Source of the DNA: Rummeliibacillus pycnus
GTDB taxonomy: Bacteria; Bacillota; Bacilli; Bacillales_A; Planococcaceae
Assembly (NCBI RefSeq): GCF_050459865.1
Contig: NZ_JBCMNM010000020.1
Span: 1-30,214 of the forward strand
DNA: 30,214 nt
Direction: 5' to 3'
The position numbers were made by a program, and so were the translations under genes. The notes under the pieces are model-generated. The model made no database searches and was not told where the DNA came from. It saw only the letters and a program-made list of their open reading frames with translations. Of the stretch, positions 25,850-30,214 are shown in pieces. The first letter of the stretch is position 1. Each line of letters begins with the position of its first letter.

Positions 25850-26743
25850 ATGATGGTGACAATAGAAATTACAGAACAAAATAATGATGTAGTAGAGAGA
25901 GTAGAAAAACAAACTTTAGTTGTAGGTTTAATCATGCCTATATCAAATGCAGAAGGTTTTCCAATAGGACATTGGGAAGAAGTTAGAAAAATCATTGAGG
26001 AATCATTAAATGAAATAAAGGAATACCATATTGAAGCCAGTATGGTAAGTGAATCCGAAGATACTGCAATTATTCAAAAGAATATCATTCAACGTATTTA
26101 TAAAGATGATATTGTAATTGTTGATGTAAGCTCAAAAAATCCTAATGTAATGTTTGAACTTGGTTTACGTCTAGCATTTGACAAACCTTTTATTCTTCTG
26201 AAAGATGATTTAACTGATTATGTTTTCGACATTTCTTCAATCTATCACATCAACTATCGCAGAGATTTGAGATATAAAGATATTGTAGATGTTAAAAATG
26301 AAATCAAGCGAAAAATAGTTGCAACATACAAAAAATCTTTAGAGGAAGATAGTATGTATTTAAAAGATTATGGCACATTCAAAGTAGCGGAATTGGAAAA
26401 TACTGAATTACCTATTAAAGATTATATGGAGAAGATGTTTAGCGATATTAGAACAGAAATCAAAGGTATTAGAAAAGATAACAATAATAGTGCCTTATCA
26501 AATAATATGCAAAAAATAGAAAAAAACAAGAAATATCATTTGGAAAATAGGATTTTAAATTTAGTTAGTGAATATCTTTTAGAAAACCCATCGTTAGATA
26601 CAACGGAGTTTTATAATAAGAATCATGAAATACAGCATTTAATAAGAGATGATAAAGAAGTAGGTATGTTCGCAACTAGTATTAAAGAAGTTGAGAATAT
26701 TACAATTGAAGTGTTTAGTAAGTTGGATATCTTACCTTTTTAA
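25850..26743 (+). CDS. Nucleoside 2-deoxyribosyltransferase-like / TIR-like Rossmannoid domain protein with a helical C-terminal half
   Basis: I set the start at the ATG at 25850/25853, after the RBS 'gggag'. The N-terminal domain has 'VVGLIMPIS', 'HWEEVRKIIEE' and 'DIVIVDVSSKNPNVMFELGLRLAFDKPFILLKDD'. This is the 'D-x-S..NpNV.fElG.a.a..Kp.i.l' pattern with a candidate catalytic Glu, as seen in NDT-like/TIR-like folds. The assignment is from memory. Confidence 0.45.
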   Translation: MMVTIEITEQNNDVVERVEKQTLVVGLIMPISNAEGFPIGHWEEVRKIIEESLNEIKEYHIEASMVSESEDTAIIQKNIIQRIYKDDIVIVDVSSKNPNVMFELGLRLAFDKPFILLKDDLTDYVFDISSIYHINYRRDLRYKDIVDVKNEIKRKIVATYKKSLEEDSMYLKDYGTFKVAELENTELPIKDYMEKMFSDIRTEIKGIRKDNNNSALSNNMQKIEKNKKYHLENRILNLVSEYLLENPSLDTTEFYNKNHEIQHLIRDDKEVGMFATSIKEVENITIEVFSKLDILPF

Positions 26744-26750
26744 GATTTTA

Positions 26751-26783
26751 AACGAGTAGCCAATGTGTTACTCGTTTTGTTTG
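26751..26783 (+). terminator. Rho-independent terminator
   Basis: Stem 'aacgagta'/'tactcgtt' followed by 'ttgtttg'. Confidence 0.6.
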
Positions 26784-27105
26784 TGTATACATAGCGCAGT
26801 CATACACCACTGTTCCACGCAACGATGGAAATCTTTTATCACTCGTCTCGGAAAACGACTCTACGCTATATCGGAATCACAGAGGAATTAATAGAAAATT
26901 GCATTAAGAGCATTTCATTTTTCTAATGGCTCTGTTGCTCTAAAGGGCTGACTTATAGGGGTTTAATCCACATTCAATTATTATAAATTGACCTGTAAAA
27001 TTCACATTTTACTTAAATAGCTAGCATTTAATAGTTAGATAGGGTATTATATAAACAACTATTGTTTAACTAATTTTGTTTAACTTTAGTTGTTTGTAAA
27101 AACTG

Positions 27106-27582
27106 ATGGAGGTAATGATGATGTACCAAGTTACTCAAAATTTACTTAAATGTATTTCGATTCGTTTTGCGGGATTAAAACCTTCGAGTTTGACCGAAGA
27201 TGCAGGTGTTTACGTTCTGCTCCTGCCTAAAAGTAATTTACAGAACAATGAATCTTTGAAGAAATTAGATGACTACCTTAGGACAATAGAATATGTAGGA
27301 CAAGAGAAAGGGGATTATCTATTATATGTAGGTCGAACTACCAATAGACGTGTTCGCTTATATCAAAATCACTTACAAGGTACTAAAGCAACAGCACGTT
27401 TAAAAGTAGCCTTAGTTTCTCATGGTATTGTTGCCACTGAAAGTGATGCAAAAGAGTTTATAAAGAAATATTGTAATTTTAAGTTTCTAACTTTACCTAA
27501 CGAAACTACGAAAGAGCAATATGACTTTAAGTTAGCGGAGCATCAAGTTAAGGTAGACTTAAAACCTGTATTTATTGATTAA
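27106..27582 (+). CDS. GIY-YIG-like nuclease-superfamily small protein
   Basis: 'GVYVLLL' ... 'YLLYVGRTTNRRVRLYQNHLQG' ... 'LAEHQVKVDLKPVF' corresponds to GIY / YIG / Arg / His / Glu, with an unusually long insert of about 35 aa between the GIY and YIG strands. The RBS 'ggagg' (27108-27112) implies the true start is the ATG at 27118 or 27121. Confidence 0.5.
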   Translation: MEVMMMYQVTQNLLKCISIRFAGLKPSSLTEDAGVYVLLLPKSNLQNNESLKKLDDYLRTIEYVGQEKGDYLLYVGRTTNRRVRLYQNHLQGTKATARLKVALVSHGIVATESDAKEFIKKYCNFKFLTLPNETTKEQYDFKLAEHQVKVDLKPVFID

Positions 27583-27643
27583 CAATACGGTGTTTTCCGA
27601 TATTTAGCAGATACAATTTCTTAATAGAGGGCAACCCTGTTTG

Positions 27644-27789
27644 CACTATTGGATAACGGCTTTTATTGATTTCATATCTTCTTCTTTAAAATCTTTAAAA
27701 TTTTTCTTTTCAACTGTTTAAATATCTTCTTTTCTAAGACAACTTAAATCGGCCATCATAAAATTAGCTATGTAAAGAATCCAATAGTG
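27644..27789. repeat. Perfect 11-bp inverted repeat pair flanking a 124-nt AT-rich segment
   Basis: 'cactattggat' (27644-27654) and 'atccaatagtg' (27779-27789). Confidence 0.5.
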
Positions 27790-27790
27790 T

Positions 27791-27831
27791 AAAAAAGCTC
27801 ACTTATCTTTATGAGATAAGTGAGATTTTTT
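27791..27831. terminator. Bidirectional terminator downstream of the pentapeptide-repeat gene
   Basis: 11-bp perfect stem 'ctcacttatct'/'agataagtgag', flanked by A6 and T6. Confidence 0.75.
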
Positions 27832-28458
27832 CTAGTCTTTAATCGTAACACCAAGCATTATAGCAAATGCAGCGGCTTGATCGAAGCGAATTGATAATCC
27901 CTTTGCTAAGGCAGGTGTTAATTTAATATCAATAAAATCACAAGTTGAAAAATCTAAACTACTTAATTTGCTCTCTGTAAAATCAGCTAATTGTAAATTG
28001 CATTTTAAAAATTCTACTTTATCAAAATGAACATCCTGAAAGAAAGCCTCCTCTAATTGATTTTCTTCAAAACCAACTAGATTCATTTTGCTTTCAGAGA
28101 AAATGGAATAATTCATCAAACAATCTTTCCATAATACATTTTTGAATTTACAGCCGATAAATTGTGATCCTATTAACTTACAAGACTGAAACTGACAGCG
28201 ATAAAATATTGATTTGTTGAAGTCAAAGTTAGAACAATCGCATTTTTTGAAAATGATATCTAAGAATTCCATTTGAGTGTAATCGTTTGTTAAGAATCGG
28301 CAATTTTCAAATTGCACTTCTTGTAATTGTTTTCTTCCGAAGCGACAATCAACTTCACAATCGATTAGATGTGTATTTTCTTCAATTTCCTCAAGCATAA
28401 TAGAATCATTCTGAATGGTTTGTGTATAGTTTTTTGATGGTTCCATTATTTTGTTCAT
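27832..28458 (-). CDS. Pentapeptide-repeat protein, Qnr/MfpA-like
   Basis: 208 aa with consecutive A(D/N)LXX-type pentapeptides: 'CRFLTNDYTQMEFLDIIFKKCDCSNFDFNKSIFYRCQFQSCKLIGSQFIGCKFKNVLWKDCLMNYSIFSES...'. The C-terminus is Qnr-like: 'LSIRFDQAAAFAIMLGVTI'. Confidence 0.75.
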   Translation of the reverse strand: MNKIMEPSKNYTQTIQNDSIMLEEIEENTHLIDCEVDCRFGRKQLQEVQFENCRFLTNDYTQMEFLDIIFKKCDCSNFDFNKSIFYRCQFQSCKLIGSQFIGCKFKNVLWKDCLMNYSIFSESKMNLVGFEENQLEEAFFQDVHFDKVEFLKCNLQLADFTESKLSSLDFSTCDFIDIKLTPALAKGLSIRFDQAAAFAIMLGVTIKD

Positions 28459-28612
28459 AAGATCGCCTCACTAGCTTAAATTTAGTAAATAGTATGTCGT
28501 ATATTGTAGGAAAGTGTAAATATTTATTACAAATAGATTGATTGAAAAGGTTGACGATAGGTTTATTTACGAACTATTCTACGATAAAGTTTGTAAATGT
28601 TCGGAAAAACTA

Positions 28613-28641
28613 TTGAAATGATAATAGAAGCGTGATATATT
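28613..28641 (+). promoter_or_regulatory. Putative sigmaA promoter of the pbuG leader
   Basis: -35 'ttgaaa' (28613-28618), a 17-nt spacer and an extended -10 'TGaTATATT' (hexamer at 28636-28641). Confidence 0.5.
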
Positions 28642-28662
28642 ATCAAAGTAAATTAAATAACG

Positions 28663-28731
28663 TCGTCGTATAATGTCGGGAATATGGCCCGAAAGTTTCT
28701 ACCGAGTTACCGTAAATGACTTGACTACGAT
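28663..28731 (+). promoter_or_regulatory. Purine riboswitch aptamer, guanine class, in the pbuG leader
   Basis: 'tcgtataat GTCGGG aatatgg CCCGAaa gtttctac CGAGTta ccgtaaat gACTTG aCtacga' is a near-consensus guanine aptamer with C at the specificity position. Confidence 0.9.
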
Positions 28732-28803
28732 TTAATAAGAAGAAGGAAAATACCTTCTATTTATATCTTTGCAAGATTTGAATGGCTTGTAAAGAATCGT
28801 AGG

Positions 28804-28839
28804 CAGTCAACTTAAAATTGAAGTTGATTGTCTTTTTTT
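28804..28839 (+). terminator. Riboswitch expression-platform terminator
   Basis: 10-bp stem 'cagtcaactt'/'aagttgattg' (one G-U pair), followed by 'tcttttttt'. Confidence 0.7.
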
Positions 28840-28879
28840 ATTCTCACAGACGTATAAGACGGCATACGGAGGATTAATC

Positions 28880-30214
28880 ATGAAAAAGTATTTCCAATTT
28901 GAAGAACTTGGCACAAATTACCGCCGAGAGATAATTGGTGGCGTGACAACATTCTTAGCGATGGCATATATTTTAGCGTTAAATCCACTTATTTTAACGT
29001 TAGCAGATGTAAAAGATTTACCTGATGCAATGCGTATGGATTACGGTTCTGTTTTTGTGGCAACAGCTTTAGCAGCAGCAGTTGGTTCATTCATTATGGG
29101 CTTCATCGCAAAATATCCAATCGGTTTAGCGCCAGGGATGGGACTTAATGCATTCTTTGCTTATACTGTTATCTTAACTTACCATATTCCATGGCAAACA
29201 GGTTTAACTGGCGTATTCTTCTCAGGTGTTATCTTTATTATTCTTTCATTAACAGGTATTCGTGAAACAATTATCAATGCTATTCCGGTTCAGCTAAAAT
29301 ATGCTGTTTCTGCAGGTATTGGTTTATTTATAACTTTTGTTGGTTTAAAAAATGCAGGTATTGTGGTAGCAAATAAAAGTACATTTGTTACTTTAGGTGA
29401 TTTCACAGATGGTAATGTATTGCTAGCGATCGCTGGTATATTTATAACTGTTATTTTATTAGCACGTAAAGTAAAAGCAGGTATTTTCTATGGTATGGTG
29501 ATTACAGCAATTATTGGTATGATTTTTGGTTTAGTAGACGTACCAAAAACAGTAGTTTCATCAATTCCAAGTGTAGCACCAACATTCGGTGTTGCTTTAG
29601 ATCCTATTATCCATGATCCAGCATCATTATTTAATGTAAAGTTCCTTGTCGTTGTATTAACATTCTTATTCGTTGACTTCTTTGATACTGCAGGTACTTT
29701 AATGGCTGTAGCAAACCAAGCAGGATTAGTAAAAGACAATAAATTACCACGTGCAGGTAAAGCTTTATTAGCAGACGCATTAGGTACAACAGTTGGTTCT
29801 ATCTTCGGTACTTCAACTACTACTGCATATGTAGAATCTACTGCTGGTGTTGGTGCAGGTGCACGATCTGGTTTTACAGCAGTTGTAGTAGGTGTGCTTT
29901 TCTTACTAGCGTTATTCTTCTCACCATTACTAAGTGTCGTAACAACAGCAGTAACAACTCCTGCACTTGTAATTGTTGGGGTAATGATGGCATCATCGTT
30001 ACGATTAATTGAATGGGATAAATTCGAAATTGCAGTGCCAGCGTTTATGACAATGTTCATGATGCCAATGGGTTACAGTATTGCTTCTGGTATCGCAGTT
30101 GGGTTCATTTTCTATCCAATTACAATGTTACTAGCTGGACGTAAAAAAGAAGTACATCCATTAATGTATGTTTTATTCTTCGTATTCCTTGCATACTTCA
30201 TTTGGGTTAGATAG
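28880..30214 (+). CDS. pbuG: Guanine/hypoxanthine permease (NCS2/AzgA family)
   Basis: 444-aa polytopic protein with the typical N-terminus 'YFQFEELGTNYRREIIGGVTTFLAMAYILALNP'. It lies downstream of a guanine riboswitch and has the RBS 'cggagga'. The stop codon is at the window end. Confidence 0.9.
   Translation: MKKYFQFEELGTNYRREIIGGVTTFLAMAYILALNPLILTLADVKDLPDAMRMDYGSVFVATALAAAVGSFIMGFIAKYPIGLAPGMGLNAFFAYTVILTYHIPWQTGLTGVFFSGVIFIILSLTGIRETIINAIPVQLKYAVSAGIGLFITFVGLKNAGIVVANKSTFVTLGDFTDGNVLLAIAGIFITVILLARKVKAGIFYGMVITAIIGMIFGLVDVPKTVVSSIPSVAPTFGVALDPIIHDPASLFNVKFLVVVLTFLFVDFFDTAGTLMAVANQAGLVKDNKLPRAGKALLADALGTTVGSIFGTSTTTAYVESTAGVGAGARSGFTAVVVGVLFLLALFFSPLLSVVTTAVTTPALVIVGVMMASSLRLIEWDKFEIAVPAFMTMFMMPMGYSIASGIAVGFIFYPITMLLAGRKKEVHPLMYVLFFVFLAYFIWVR

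Noticed and set aside
20950-28625. Possible att-like direct repeats at the island borders: 'ttcggtaactattgg' (20961-20975) versus 'ttcggaaaaactattg' (28600-28615), 'ggtaaccatttcggtaac' (20952-20969) versus 'ggtgacttttcggtaac' (25137-25153), and 'ataagtct' at 20981, 23546 and (minus strand) 24574.
   Set aside because: The matches are short, gapped and AT-rich, so they are not distinguishable from chance by eye. An empty-site comparison is needed before calling them att sites.
28741-28758. Small hairpin 'agaagg aaaata ccttct' directly after the pbuG aptamer.
   Set aside because: The stem is only 6 bp with a poor T-run. The downstream 10-bp hairpin plus T7 (28804-28839) is the more credible terminator, and this hairpin may simply be part of the expression platform.
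1-30214. A search by eye for CRISPR arrays, tRNA/rRNA genes and intact transposases/IS elements.
   Set aside because: I saw no regularly spaced direct repeats of 25-40 nt, no tRNA-like cloverleaf candidates, no rRNA-like segments and no transposase-like ORF. The only mobile-element trace is the integrase remnant.

Overview
This is a chromosomal segment from a low-GC Firmicute, Bacillaceae-like, and the gene order resembles Bacillus/Lysinibacillus. All family assignments come from reading motifs in the supplied translations; no searches were run. Positions 1-20.9 kb and 28.6-30.2 kb are housekeeping genes. They comprise a DASS anion transporter, an orphan NarL-type response regulator, proline dehydrogenase, a FetAB-like ABC exporter, alkA divergent from adaA-adaB, pncB-nadE, a nosL-nosD-nosL-nosY-nosF accessory cluster with no nosZ in the window, a MoxR/DUF58/transglutaminase operon (yeaC-yeaD-yebA-like), riboswitch-controlled guaA and riboswitch-controlled pbuG. 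In B. subtilis, guaA and pbuG are neighbours. Here they are separated by about 7.6 kb of visibly more AT-rich accessory DNA (about 20.95-28.55 kb). The most interesting content of this island is a translationally coupled three-gene operon: a TIR protein, a 2-TM + Macro-like (ThsA type II-like) protein and a DUF1863/ThsB-type TIR-like protein. I read it as a type II Thoeris-like NAD-signalling anti-phage cassette with two unrelated TIR sensors. Downstream of it lie several further elements:
- a frameshifted tyrosine-recombinase remnant;
- a minus-strand module with a tandem ribbon-helix-helix regulator, a tiny acidic protein and a 94-aa unknown, preceded by 8-bp-phased TG(A/C)CTTA repeats;
- a stand-alone nucleoside-deoxyribosyltransferase/TIR-like protein;
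- a small GIY-YIG-like protein;
- a Qnr-like pentapeptide-repeat protein.
The window also holds a GC-rich palindromic dispersed repeat (one full copy and one truncated copy) and two guanine-class purine riboswitches. I saw no rRNA, tRNA or CRISPR array.
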